Assembly (NCBI GenBank): GCA_034679465.1
Contig: JAXDAV010000026.1
Coordinates: 239-64,238 of the forward strand
Direction of reading: 5' to 3'
From: Candidatus Aminicenantes bacterium
Lineage (GTDB): Bacteria > Acidobacteriota > Aminicenantia > Aminicenantales > Saccharicenantaceae
DNA length: 64,000 nucleotides
The notes under the pieces were generated by a model, which saw nothing but the letters and a program-made list of their open reading frames with translations, had not been told where the DNA came from and did not search any database. Position 1 is the stretch's first letter. Every line of letters begins with the position of its first letter. Made by a program: the position numbers and the translations under genes. Of this stretch, positions 43,055 through 52,442 are shown one piece after another.

Positions 43055-44629
43055 ATGAAAAAGCCGCTGATCGTCCGGTCCCTCACGGTCGCTCTTCTCA
43101 TCGCCGTGTTCACGCTCGGGGCCTTGGCCCAGGAGACGCTCGACCTCCGGATGCTCGATCGCATCCGCCAGGAAGGGCTGGTGAATTCGAAGATCACCGA
43201 TTTTCTCATCTACCTTTGCGATATCTACGCTCCCCGACTGCCCGCTTCGCCGCAGTATGTCGAGGCGGGCGAATGGGTGATCGGCCAGGCCAAGGCTCTC
43301 GGTTTGGCCAACGCCGCGATGGAGCCCTACGGGACGTTCGGCCGCAGCTGGGAGCTCCAGAAGTATTACGCCGCTATGATCGAGCCGCAGTACATGCCGA
43401 TCATCGGCTACCCGAAGGCCTGGACGCCCGGCACGAACGGCGTGATCAGGGGGCCGGCCGTCCTCGTCCAGGCCAGGACCGTTGCCGACCTCGACCAGTA
43501 CAAGGGCAAGCTCAAGGACGCCATCGTCCTCCTGCAGGGCGAGCAGGACCTGCCGATCTCGTTCGATCCGATGGCCTCGCGGCTCTCCGGGCCCGATCTC
43601 GAGAGGCTCATGCTGGCCCCGGAGCCGGGCGTCCGCCGGGCCCCGAGCCCGCAGATGCAGGACATGATGGCCCGCCAGCAGGTCCAGCAGGCCCTGCAGA
43701 AGATGCTCAAGGCCGAGGGCGCGGGGGTCCTCGTCGAGCCCGGCCGGGGCAAGTTCGGAACGGTCTTCGTCTCGAGCGGCGGCTCACGGACGAAGGGCGC
43801 GGAGACGCCCGTTCCGGCGATCGCCATCGCCACGGAGCACTACAACCGCATCGTCCGCATCCTTCAAAAGAACGTCCCGGTGACGCTCGAGGTCGAAGTC
43901 CAGGCCCGCTTCACCGCCGACGATCTCCCCGGCGCCAATGTCATCGCCGAGATCCCGGGCGTCGACAAGAAGCTCAAGCCGGAGATCGTCATGCTCGGCG
44001 GCCACTTCGACACCTGGCACGGCGGCACGGGGGCCACGGACAACGGGGCCGGCAGCGCCGTCGCCTTCGAGGCCATGAGGATCCTCAAGACGCTCGGCGT
44101 CCAGCCGCGGCGCACGATCCGGATGGCGCTGTGGGACGCGGAGGAACAGGGGTTCGTCGGGTCGCGAGGCTACGTCGCCAACCACCTCTACGACCGGGTC
44201 AAGAAGGAGAAAAAGGCGGAATACGACCTGTTCTCGGCGTATTTCAATTTCGACAACGGCAGCGGCAAGATCCGCGGCGTCTACGCCCAGGGCAACAGCG
44301 CCGTCGCGCCTATCTTCGAGGCCTGGCTCGGGCCCGTCAAGGACCTCGGCGCCTCGACCGTGACCCTGAGGAACACCGGGGGCACCGACCACCTGCCCTT
44401 CGACGCCGTCGGACTGCCGGGCTTCCAGTTCATCCAGGACACTCTCGAATACGACACGCTGACCCACCATTCGACCATGGACGTCTATGACCACCTGTCC
44501 CGGCCCGACCTGATGCAGGCGGCCACGGTCATGGCCTGGTTCGTCTACAACGCGGCCATGCGCGACGAGAAACTGCCCCGCAAGCACTTCGATCCGAACG
44601 CCCCGGCGCCGGCGCGCCGCGGCGGCTGA
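43055..44629 (+). CDS. Secreted M28-family aminopeptidase with PA domain
   Basis: Signal peptide. GGHFDTWHGGTGATDNGAGSAVAFEAMRIL and ALWDAEEQGFVGSRGY metal-ligand blocks. Confidence 0.85.
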   Translation: MKKPLIVRSLTVALLIAVFTLGALAQETLDLRMLDRIRQEGLVNSKITDFLIYLCDIYAPRLPASPQYVEAGEWVIGQAKALGLANAAMEPYGTFGRSWELQKYYAAMIEPQYMPIIGYPKAWTPGTNGVIRGPAVLVQARTVADLDQYKGKLKDAIVLLQGEQDLPISFDPMASRLSGPDLERLMLAPEPGVRRAPSPQMQDMMARQQVQQALQKMLKAEGAGVLVEPGRGKFGTVFVSSGGSRTKGAETPVPAIAIATEHYNRIVRILQKNVPVTLEVEVQARFTADDLPGANVIAEIPGVDKKLKPEIVMLGGHFDTWHGGTGATDNGAGSAVAFEAMRILKTLGVQPRRTIRMALWDAEEQGFVGSRGYVANHLYDRVKKEKKAEYDLFSAYFNFDNGSGKIRGVYAQGNSAVAPIFEAWLGPVKDLGASTVTLRNTGGTDHLPFDAVGLPGFQFIQDTLEYDTLTHHSTMDVYDHLSRPDLMQAATVMAWFVYNAAMRDEKLPRKHFDPNAPAPARRGG

Positions 44630-44682
44630 GGCCGGACCAGGGGTGTCGAGCGCGTCGGATCACCAAGGCCGTCTCGGAGGGA

Positions 44683-45180
44683 TCAGGCCGGCTTCTTAGA
44701 CCGCTGGGTCTTCGCGGTCGTCATTTTCTCGATGGTGGCCAGGGCATCCTTGAGGGCCGGGAGGGTCAAGATGTCCTTGGGCCGGCCGACGGTCTCCTTG
44801 CTCCTGATGATCCTATCCAACGCCAGGATCCTGACGTGAAAGCCTCCGAGGTCGACAAGGATGGAGTTCTTCGTTTCCTCGTCGAAACGGCCCAGCCCGT
44901 GCATCGTCAACACGATATCGAATAGCTCGACGGCCCCTCCGGCGAATGTCGGGGGATGCAGGCCGATTGAAGGAACGATGGCCCCTCCGACCTTGGCTAC
45001 CGCCTTCCGGAGGCCCGGGTCGGCGAGGTCCCTGAACCAGAGGTCGATGTCCTGAGTGACGACGGGGGCGCCCTGCAGGGCCGCCGCTGCGGCCCCGACG
45101 ATCATGTATTCCACGTGCCGCTTGGAGAGTTCCTTCAGGAAGGAGATCTCCTTACCGGTGAATATTGATCTTTCTGCCAC
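44683..45180 (-). CDS. Minimal nucleotidyltransferase-fold protein (putative toxin/effector of a two-gene module)
   Basis: VGAAAAALQGAPVVTQDIDLWF resembles the G-x-x-A...D-x-D pol-beta NTase core. 165 aa. Overlaps the upstream HTH gene by 29 nt. GC is lower than the flanks by eye. Confidence 0.5.
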   Translation of the reverse strand: MAERSIFTGKEISFLKELSKRHVEYMIVGAAAAALQGAPVVTQDIDLWFRDLADPGLRKAVAKVGGAIVPSIGLHPPTFAGGAVELFDIVLTMHGLGRFDEETKNSILVDLGGFHVRILALDRIIRSKETVGRPKDILTLPALKDALATIEKMTTAKTQRSKKPA

Positions 45181-45523
45181 GGATTAAGCTCCTTCGCAGC
45201 CGTTGGACCGGAACTTCCTCAAGAAGGAGGAGCGTCAACCGGACGTTGTCCCGGTCGAGTTTCGGGTCATCAGCGACGATGCGGTCGGTCATGGTCATGA
45301 TTCGGCGGATCTTCGAGACGTCAGGATTCCGTTCTGTTAGAAAGACGCCGGGGCGAACAGACAGCGTTTCCGCGAGCGCTCGGAGTGATGCGGGAAGGAC
45401 CGAGGTCTTGTGGACAAGATGGTAGAACGCCGTCTTGCTGACCCCGGACTTAGCGAGAAGGGCGTTGAGGCTCAGGCCGCGCTTCTCGGCGAGCGCCCGG
45501 AGTCTGATCACGTCGATCCGCAT
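45152..45523 (-). CDS. XRE-type helix-turn-helix protein (putative antitoxin/regulator)
   Basis: N-terminal HTH (LRALAEKRGLSLNALLAKSGVSKTAFYHLVHK). 123 aa. Confidence 0.6.
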   Translation of the reverse strand: MRIDVIRLRALAEKRGLSLNALLAKSGVSKTAFYHLVHKTSVLPASLRALAETLSVRPGVFLTERNPDVSKIRRIMTMTDRIVADDPKLDRDNVRLTLLLLEEVPVQRLRRSLIRGRKINIHR

Positions 45524-45529
45524 GCCATA

Positions 45530-45558
45530 ATAGTACTAAAAAATAGAACCAATAGCAA
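45530..45558 (-). promoter_or_regulatory. Candidate promoter of the HTH-NTase pair (TTGCTA-17-TACTAT), leaderless geometry
   Basis: Minus strand reads TTGCTAttggttctattttttagTACTATtatggcATG. The -10 ends 6 nt before the start codon and there is no SD. Confidence 0.4.
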
Positions 45559-45574
45559 ACGGCCCTTGCCCTTA

Positions 45575-47065
45575 TCAGGACGACGTCGAGAACGGGTTCT
45601 CGGTCGGGTAGAGCATCCCGGCCGGGCGGTTGTAGGAGAGGTCTTCGACGCCGAGCATGCGCAGGACCGCCCAGAGCGTCTTGCCCGCGGCCGCGAAGGC
45701 GACGGCCGTGTGGTGCGGGAAGCGCTTCTCGATGAGGACGTGGCGGTAGAACCGGCCCATTTCCCTGATTCCGATGACCCCGATGCCGCCGAACGACTTC
45801 GGGTCGATGTCCAGGACCTCGCCCTCGGCCAGGTAGGACCGCAGGACCGTGTCGGCCGTCGACTGGAGCCTGAAGATGGTCACGGTCCCCGTCTTGATCC
45901 GGCCCTCGAGCGTTCCCCGGGTGATGCCGGGCTCTTGGCCCGGCTCCATGAGCCGGTGCATGATGAGCTGGTAGCGCATGGCCGGGTCGAACAGGCACCC
46001 GGCCGGCGTGTTGCCGCAGTGGAAGCCCATGAACAGGTCTGTCGGCTTGTAGCCCTTGACGGCCTTCTTGGCCCCGGCGATCATGTCGTAGGGGACGGTG
46101 TTGTTGATGTCGAGGATGGTCGCCGGGAGCTCGGTCGCGCAGGCGGCGATGTACTCGCTCAGGGCGCCGTAGATGTCGACCTCGCAGGCCACGGGGATGC
46201 CGCGCCCGGCCAGCCGGGAATTGACGTAGCAGGGCACGAAGCCGAAATAGCTCTCGAAGGCCGGCCAGCACTTATTGGCGAAGACGCCGTACTCGGACGC
46301 GTCGAGATGGGCCTCCATGAACTTGAGCAGAGCGACCTCGAATTGGGCCAGCTTGTTCAGGATGCCGGGGTAGGCGTTCCCGGCCCCGAGCTCCTTGGCC
46401 ATGTCGGCGGTGACGGCCTTGACCTTGGGGTCCTTCTCGGCCTTGCGGAAGATGTCGTAGAGGTCGAGCTCGCTGTTCTCCATGATCTCGACGCCGAGGT
46501 CGTAGAGGGGCTTGATCGGGGCGTTGCAGGCCAGGAAATCCTGCGGCCGCGGCCCGAAGGCGAAGATCTTGAGCTTGCGGAGGCCCAGGAGGACCCGGGC
46601 CACGGGGACGAACCCGGCGATCATGGCCGCGACCTCCTCGGGCAGGCCCACGGGATATTCCGGGACGTAGGGCCGGAGCCGGCGCAGGCCCATGTTGTAG
46701 GAGTTGTTGAGCAGGCCGCAGTAGGCGTCGCCGCGCCCGTCGACGAGGTCCTTTCCCGACTCTTCGGCGGCGGCCGCGACCATGACCGGGCCGTCGAACT
46801 TCTGGGCCAGCAGGGTTGAAGGGGTCTCCGGGCCGAAATTGCCGAGGTAGATGACCAGGGCGTTGACCTTCTTTGCCCGAAGCTCCTCGAGGGCCTGGAG
46901 GACGTCCTTTTCGTTCTCGACGACCGTCGTCGCCCGGGTGATGGCCAGGCCGGCCTTGCGGCATTCCTCGGCGACACGGAGCGATCTCTGGCGCGAGAGC
47001 TCGACAGGGAAGCAGTCGCGGCTGACGGCGACGAGCCCGAGCCGGACCTTGGGGATGTTCGTCAT
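45575..47065 (-). CDS. L-fucose/L-arabinose isomerase-family sugar isomerase (probable L-arabinose isomerase by context)
   Basis: 496 aa. Fucose-isomerase-fold family by overall pattern. 4-nt overlap with araD. First in gene order of the isomerase-araD-araB minus-strand cluster's 3' end. Confidence 0.65.
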   Translation of the reverse strand: MTNIPKVRLGLVAVSRDCFPVELSRQRSLRVAEECRKAGLAITRATTVVENEKDVLQALEELRAKKVNALVIYLGNFGPETPSTLLAQKFDGPVMVAAAAEESGKDLVDGRGDAYCGLLNNSYNMGLRRLRPYVPEYPVGLPEEVAAMIAGFVPVARVLLGLRKLKIFAFGPRPQDFLACNAPIKPLYDLGVEIMENSELDLYDIFRKAEKDPKVKAVTADMAKELGAGNAYPGILNKLAQFEVALLKFMEAHLDASEYGVFANKCWPAFESYFGFVPCYVNSRLAGRGIPVACEVDIYGALSEYIAACATELPATILDINNTVPYDMIAGAKKAVKGYKPTDLFMGFHCGNTPAGCLFDPAMRYQLIMHRLMEPGQEPGITRGTLEGRIKTGTVTIFRLQSTADTVLRSYLAEGEVLDIDPKSFGGIGVIGIREMGRFYRHVLIEKRFPHHTAVAFAAAGKTLWAVLRMLGVEDLSYNRPAGMLYPTENPFSTSS

Positions 47066-47766
47066 CGTTCGTTCTCCTTCTTCTGTCCGTAGTAGGCGTC
47101 GGGCCCGTGTTTTCGCCGGAAGTGCTTTTCGAGGACGCAGGCCTCGAGCGGGAGGAGCCGCGGGTCAAGGGCCATCGCGCCGAAGGCCATCTTGGCCGTC
47201 TGCTCGAGGACGAGGCCCGTCTCGACGGCCTCGGCCGGGGTCCGGCCCCAGGTGAACGGCCCGTGCCCGGCGACGAGGACGGCCGGGAGCGCGAGCGGGT
47301 CGAGGCCGGCGAACCGTTCGACGATGATCTGGCCCGTGTTCTTCTCGTAGGCCTCGGCGATCTCGGCCTCGACGAGGAGCCGCGTCACCGGCACGGGGCC
47401 GTGGAAATGGTCGGCGTGGGTCGTCCCGAAGCAGGGGATCTCTCGCTTGGCCTGGGCGAACATCGTGGCGTAGGAGCTGTGGGCGTGGGCCACGCCTCCA
47501 ACCTCGGGAAAGGCCTTGTAGATCTCGACGTGCGTCGGCGTGTCCGAGGACGGGTTGAGCCAGCCCTCGACGACGCCGCCCTCGAGGTCGACGAGCACGA
47601 TGTCGTCGGCTTTGAGGCTCTCGTAGGGAACGCCGCTCGGCTTGATGGCCACGATGCCGCGGCGCCGGTCGATGCCGCTGACGTTCCCGAAGGTCAGGAG
47701 GATCAGGCCGGACTTGGCCAGGTCGAGGTTGGCCTTCCAGACGGATTCCTTGAGCTCGGCGAGCAT
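47062..47766 (-). CDS. araD: L-ribulose-5-phosphate 4-epimerase
   Basis: Collinear with E. coli AraD by eye (TFGNVSGIDRRRGIVAIKPSGVPY...PSSDTPTHVEIYKAFPEVGGVAHAHS). Confidence 0.9.
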   Translation of the reverse strand: MLAELKESVWKANLDLAKSGLILLTFGNVSGIDRRRGIVAIKPSGVPYESLKADDIVLVDLEGGVVEGWLNPSSDTPTHVEIYKAFPEVGGVAHAHSSYATMFAQAKREIPCFGTTHADHFHGPVPVTRLLVEAEIAEAYEKNTGQIIVERFAGLDPLALPAVLVAGHGPFTWGRTPAEAVETGLVLEQTAKMAFGAMALDPRLLPLEACVLEKHFRRKHGPDAYYGQKKENER

Positions 47767-47770
47767 CGGG

Positions 47771-49465
47771 CTATCTCCTTTGGCGGTCCTTGATGGCCAG
47801 CAGGTCCTTCATGACGTTGTAGAGGCTCCCGCTCCAGTCCTTCGTCCCGAACGCGTCGTGGAGCTCCCGGTAGAGGGCGTAGAGCTCGATGTAGATCTTG
47901 TGGCGGTCGGCGCGCGGCTTGAAGACCGTCCGCTTGACGCCGCCCATGGCCGCCTGGGCCGCGGCGAAGGTCTCGTGGCCGTTGCCCCGGCGGCCGGCCG
48001 CGACCGCCCCGGCCATGGCCGCGCCGAGGGCGCAGGTCTGGGCGGACCGGGCGATCTTCATCGGCAGGCCGGTGACGTCGGCGTAGATCTGCATGACCAG
48101 GGGGCTCTTCTCGGCGATGCCGCCGCAGTTGACGATGTCGCGGACCCTGACCCCGTACTCCTCGAAGCGACGGATGATCGTCAGCGCGCCGAAGGCGGTC
48201 GCCTCGATGAGGGCCCGGTAGATCTCCTCCGGCGTCGTGTGGAGCGTCATCCCGGCGAGGAGGCCGGTCAGGCGCTGGTCGACGAGGACGGTCCGGTTGC
48301 CGTTGAGCCAGTCGAGGGCCAGGAGACCTGAGGCGCCTGGGGCGAGGGCGGCGGCCTTGCGGCTCAGGGCGGCATGGGAACCCTTCTTCGGCCCGCCCGG
48401 CTCGATCCTGTTGACGAACCAGTTGAAGATGTCGCCGACCGCGGACTGGCCGGCCTCGAGGCCGAGGTAGCCCGGCAGGACCGAGCCGTCGACGATGCCG
48501 CAGAGCCCGGGGACGTCGGGGAGCTTCTTCGACGCCGGCCAGACGCAGATGTCGCAGGTGCTCGTGCCGATGATCTTGACGAAGCGACCGGACTCGACGC
48601 CCGAGCCGACGCCGCCGAGGTGGGCGTCGAACGCGCCGACGGCCACGGCGATCCCGGGCCGGAGGCCGAGCTTCCCGGCCCAGTCCTTCGCCAGGCCGCC
48701 GGCGGGGACGTCCGCGGTGTAGGTCTTCTGGTAGAGCCGATCGCGGAGCCCGCCGAGCCGGGGGTCGAGCTTGGCCAGGAACGACTTGGCCGGGAGGCCG
48801 CCCCACCTGTCGTTGAACATGGCCTTGTGCCCGGCGGCACAGCGGTTGCGCTTCATCCGCAGAGGGTCGGTGATCCCGGTGAGAAGGCCGGGAATGTAAT
48901 CGGCGCACTCGACCCACGAGAAGGCGGCCGCGGCGACCTTGGGGTCCTTCCGCAGGCAGTGGAGGATCTTGCTCCAGAACCATTCGGAGGAGTAGGTCCC
49001 GCCGCACTTGGCCAGATATTCGGGGTGCTCGGCGGCGGCCAGGGCCGTGATCTCGGCGGCCTCGGCGTGTCCGGTGTGGTCCTTCCAGAGCCAGGCCTGG
49101 GCGTTGAGGTTTCGCTTGAATTCTTTGTAGAGGGCGAGCGGCTTGCCGGCCCGATCGACGGGGAGAGGGGTCGAGCCGGTCGTGTCGACGCCGATCCCGA
49201 CGACGTCCGCCGGGTTGAAGGCCTTGAGTTTCTTTTTGGCCTCGGCCAGGGCCGCGGGCACGGCTTTCTCGATGCCCAGGATCCAGTCGGCCGGGTTCTG
49301 GCGGGCCAGGTTCGCGTCCTTGGGGTCGAGGAGGATCCCCGCGTCGCCGCTCGGGTAACCGAAGATGGCTGTCCCGACCTCATCCCCGTTGCCGATGTTG
49401 ACGACGAGGGCCCGGACGGAATTGGTGCCGAAATCGAGCCCGAGGGCGTACTTGGCGGTTTTCAT
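47771..49465 (-). CDS. araB: Ribulokinase (FGGY family)
   Basis: ORF 47771..49618. Start ATG 49465 (MKTAKYALGLDFGTNSVRALV). FGGY N- and C-domains. Adjacent to araD. Confidence 0.85.
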   Translation of the reverse strand: MKTAKYALGLDFGTNSVRALVVNIGNGDEVGTAIFGYPSGDAGILLDPKDANLARQNPADWILGIEKAVPAALAEAKKKLKAFNPADVVGIGVDTTGSTPLPVDRAGKPLALYKEFKRNLNAQAWLWKDHTGHAEAAEITALAAAEHPEYLAKCGGTYSSEWFWSKILHCLRKDPKVAAAAFSWVECADYIPGLLTGITDPLRMKRNRCAAGHKAMFNDRWGGLPAKSFLAKLDPRLGGLRDRLYQKTYTADVPAGGLAKDWAGKLGLRPGIAVAVGAFDAHLGGVGSGVESGRFVKIIGTSTCDICVWPASKKLPDVPGLCGIVDGSVLPGYLGLEAGQSAVGDIFNWFVNRIEPGGPKKGSHAALSRKAAALAPGASGLLALDWLNGNRTVLVDQRLTGLLAGMTLHTTPEEIYRALIEATAFGALTIIRRFEEYGVRVRDIVNCGGIAEKSPLVMQIYADVTGLPMKIARSAQTCALGAAMAGAVAAGRRGNGHETFAAAQAAMGGVKRTVFKPRADRHKIYIELYALYRELHDAFGTKDWSGSLYNVMKDLLAIKDRQRR

Positions 49466-49553
49466 GAGCGTAAACCTCCGCTGGAATATTATACTCACGT
49501 CCGGGTTGGGGGCAACCGCCGAAACGGGGACACGCTGAGCCGGAAAAGACGGC

Positions 49554-49582
49554 TTCATTTCGTGACCCCAACGAAATATAAT
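49554..49582 (+). promoter_or_regulatory. Candidate promoter of the Asp-box propeller gene (TTCATT-17-TATAAT)
   Basis: Perfect TATAAT at 49577-49582. The -35-like TTCATT lies within a sequence module (CTTCATTTCGTG) that recurs in other intergenic regions of this locus. Confidence 0.4.
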
Positions 49583-49616
49583 GCCTGGGATACGCTTCTC
49601 AGAACCGGGAGGAGAC

Positions 49617-52364
49617 ATGAAGAACAGATCGCATCTCGGCGCGTTCGCCTCGACCGTCCTTCTCTTCGCGCTCGGCCTCGGGGCCGGCTGGGCTCAACGG
49701 CCCGCCGCGGGCTTCTCCGAGGACCTCCTGAAGGACTTCACCTCGCGGGCCCTGGGCCCCTATCGGGCCGGCTCCTGGGTGACGAGCTTCGCCGTGCCGG
49801 CCGGCCCTTCGCGCGAGCATCTCTACACGCTCTACGTCGGCACGCGCAACGGCGGCGTCTGGAAGACGACGAACAACGGCACGACGTTCGAGCCCGTCTT
49901 CGACGGCCAGCCCAAGCTCTCGATCGGCGACGTCGCCGTGGCCCCGACGGATCCCAACGTCGTTTGGGTCGGCACGGGCGAGCCCCATTGCGCCCGGAGC
50001 TCGAACTCCGGCGACGGCCTCTGGAAGTCGGTCGACGCGGGCAAGACCTGGACGCACATGGGCCTCGCGGATTCCCATCACATCGCCCGGATCCTCATCC
50101 ATCCCCGGGACGCCGACACGGTCTATGTCGCCTCGCTGGGCCATCTCTTCTCGAACAACGCCGAGCGCGGCGTCTATAAGACGACCGACGGCGGCCGGAC
50201 CTGGGCGAAGGTCCTCTATGTCAACGACAAGATCGGGGCCGTCGACCTGGCCCTCGTCGAATCGGCGCCGGACACGCTCTACGCGGCCCTGTACGACAAG
50301 GTCCGCCTGCCCTGGCATTACGAGCTCGGCGGGCCGGAGAGCGCGATCTACAAGACGACCGACGGCGGCCGGGCCTGGACGCGGCTCGGCGGCGGCCTGC
50401 CGACGGGGCGCATCGGGCGGATCGGTCTCGACGTCTACCAGAAGAATCCCGACATCCTTTACGCCGTCGTCGAGAACGGCAACCGGCGCGCGCCCACGGC
50501 GGAGGAGGCGGAGCAGGACAAGCGGCGCGGCGGCGCGCCGGCGCCGCGAACGGCCGGCAACGAGGTCTACCGCACGGACGACGGCGGCAAGACCTGGCGC
50601 AAGGTCAACGCCGGCCACGAGGACGCCCTCAACAAGGCCCCGTACTCGTTCAATCAGCTTCGGCTCGACCCGAACGACCCGGAGACCGTCTACATCACCG
50701 GCGTGTCCGTGGCCTCGACGAACGACGGCGGCAGGACCTGGAAGGGCCTCGGCTGGCCGACCGACGGGGTCATGCCCCGCGCCTTCGGCGATTGGCGGGC
50801 CCTCTGGGTCGATCCGCTCGACTCGAACCGGCTCATCTTCGGCTCGGACGGCGGGGTCAACGTCTCCTACGACCGGGGCCGGACGAGCCACCACGCCTAC
50901 AACATCCCGCTGACCGAGTGGTACGCCGTCGGCGTGGACATGGAGGACCCGTACAACATCTACGGCGGCCTGCAGGACCATGACTCGTGGAAAGGCCCGT
51001 CGAACGGCTGGGCGGGCGAGATCGGCCCGTCCGACTGGGTGACGGTCGGCGGCGGCGACGGCATGTACAACTGCGTCGATCCCACGGACTCGCGCTGGCT
51101 CTTCAACAACCGGGAGATGGGCACGATGTGGCGCCTCGACCAGAAGACAGGGGTCCAGACGCAGATCACTCCCCGGCGGGAGCCAGGCCGGCCGGCGCTG
51201 CGCTTCAACTGGACGCCGCCGATCGCGCTGTCGCCGCACAACCCGGCCATCGTCTACGCGGGCGCGCAGGTCGTCTTCCGGTCGCTCGACCGGGGCGGCC
51301 GCTGGCAGGAGATCAGCCCCGACCTGACGACCAACGAGGACGCCAAACAGCACGGCGAAGGCCACATCTCCTATTGCACGCTGACGACGCTGGCCGAATC
51401 GCCGGTCGCGCCGGGCGTCATCTGGACGGGTTCGGACGACGGCAAGGTCCAGGTGACGAAGGACGGCGGGGCGACATGGCTCGACCGGACGGCCAAGCTC
51501 GCGGCCGCGGGCGGGCCGGCGGGCTTCTGGACGAGCCGGGTCTTCCCGTCGCCTCACGCGGCGGGAACGGCCTTCGTGAGCAAGACCGGCTGGCGCCTCG
51601 ACGACTACCGCCCGTCGCTCCACAAGACGACCGATTTCGGGGAGACCTGGACGTCGATCGCCGGGAATCTGCCGGCCGGAAAGCCCATCAACGTCGTCGT
51701 GCAGGACCGGAAGAACCCCGACCTCCTGTTCGTCGGGACCGAGTGGGGCGTCTACGTCACGCTCGACGGAGGGACGAGCTGGCTGCCGTTCCGGGCGGGG
51801 ATGCCGTCGCTCAAGATCACGGACATGGTCATCCATCCGCGGGAGAACGACCTGGTCGTGGCCACGTACGGGCGCGGGGCCTATGTGATCGACATCGCGC
51901 CGCTCCAGGAGATGACGGCCGCCGTCCTGGCCGAGGACGCCCACCTGTTCGACATCGAGCCGAGGACGCAAAGGGTGACGGGACGCATCGGGAACTACCG
52001 GCTCCTGGGCGACAGCCATCTCTTCACCCCGAACGAGCCGAACGCCGTCGTGGTCAATTACCATCTCAAAGCCAAGGCGGACGGGGCGGTCAAGATCACG
52101 GTCGCGGACCCCTACGGGACCGTGCTGGCGGAGATCGCCGGAAAGGGCCAAGCCGGGCTGAACAGCGTCCTCTGGGACATGCGGCCGAGGCGCCCCGGCG
52201 CGAAGCCCGCCGGGCCCGCGGGATTCGGGGGCGGGGCGCGGCTGGCGGCGCCGGGCGAATACACGGTGACCCTGGAGGCGGCCGGCAAGACGCTCACGAA
52301 GAAGGCCGTCATCACGCATCGGCAGGGCTGGGCGGTCGGTCCCGTGCCCGTCATCATCCATTAA
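49617..52364 (+). CDS. Secreted BNR/Asp-box repeat double beta-propeller protein (sortilin/VPS10- or GH74-like)
   Basis: GGAGGAG RBS, ATG 49617, signal peptide. About 10 Asp-box repeats (SVDAGKTW, TTDGGRTW, TTDGGRAW, DDGGKTW, NDGGRTW, KDGGATW, LDGGTSW...). Confidence 0.75.
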   Translation: MKNRSHLGAFASTVLLFALGLGAGWAQRPAAGFSEDLLKDFTSRALGPYRAGSWVTSFAVPAGPSREHLYTLYVGTRNGGVWKTTNNGTTFEPVFDGQPKLSIGDVAVAPTDPNVVWVGTGEPHCARSSNSGDGLWKSVDAGKTWTHMGLADSHHIARILIHPRDADTVYVASLGHLFSNNAERGVYKTTDGGRTWAKVLYVNDKIGAVDLALVESAPDTLYAALYDKVRLPWHYELGGPESAIYKTTDGGRAWTRLGGGLPTGRIGRIGLDVYQKNPDILYAVVENGNRRAPTAEEAEQDKRRGGAPAPRTAGNEVYRTDDGGKTWRKVNAGHEDALNKAPYSFNQLRLDPNDPETVYITGVSVASTNDGGRTWKGLGWPTDGVMPRAFGDWRALWVDPLDSNRLIFGSDGGVNVSYDRGRTSHHAYNIPLTEWYAVGVDMEDPYNIYGGLQDHDSWKGPSNGWAGEIGPSDWVTVGGGDGMYNCVDPTDSRWLFNNREMGTMWRLDQKTGVQTQITPRREPGRPALRFNWTPPIALSPHNPAIVYAGAQVVFRSLDRGGRWQEISPDLTTNEDAKQHGEGHISYCTLTTLAESPVAPGVIWTGSDDGKVQVTKDGGATWLDRTAKLAAAGGPAGFWTSRVFPSPHAAGTAFVSKTGWRLDDYRPSLHKTTDFGETWTSIAGNLPAGKPINVVVQDRKNPDLLFVGTEWGVYVTLDGGTSWLPFRAGMPSLKITDMVIHPRENDLVVATYGRGAYVIDIAPLQEMTAAVLAEDAHLFDIEPRTQRVTGRIGNYRLLGDSHLFTPNEPNAVVVNYHLKAKADGAVKITVADPYGTVLAEIAGKGQAGLNSVLWDMRPRRPGAKPAGPAGFGGGARLAAPGEYTVTLEAAGKTLTKKAVITHRQGWAVGPVPVIIH

Positions 52365-52395
52365 ATCGGGGACACAATACCAATTTCCGAATTAC
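52363..52395 (+). repeat. Solo copy of 32-bp repeat AAATCGGGGACACAATACCAwTTTCCGAATTA
   Basis: 31/32 identical to the arms of the inverted repeat at 54546-54703. Starts at the stop codon of the propeller gene, 48 bp upstream of GH127 gene 1. Confidence 0.85.
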
Positions 52396-52442
52396 TCCGG
52401 AGACGCGCTGAGCGGTCGGCGGACCGATAGGAGGACGGCGAC

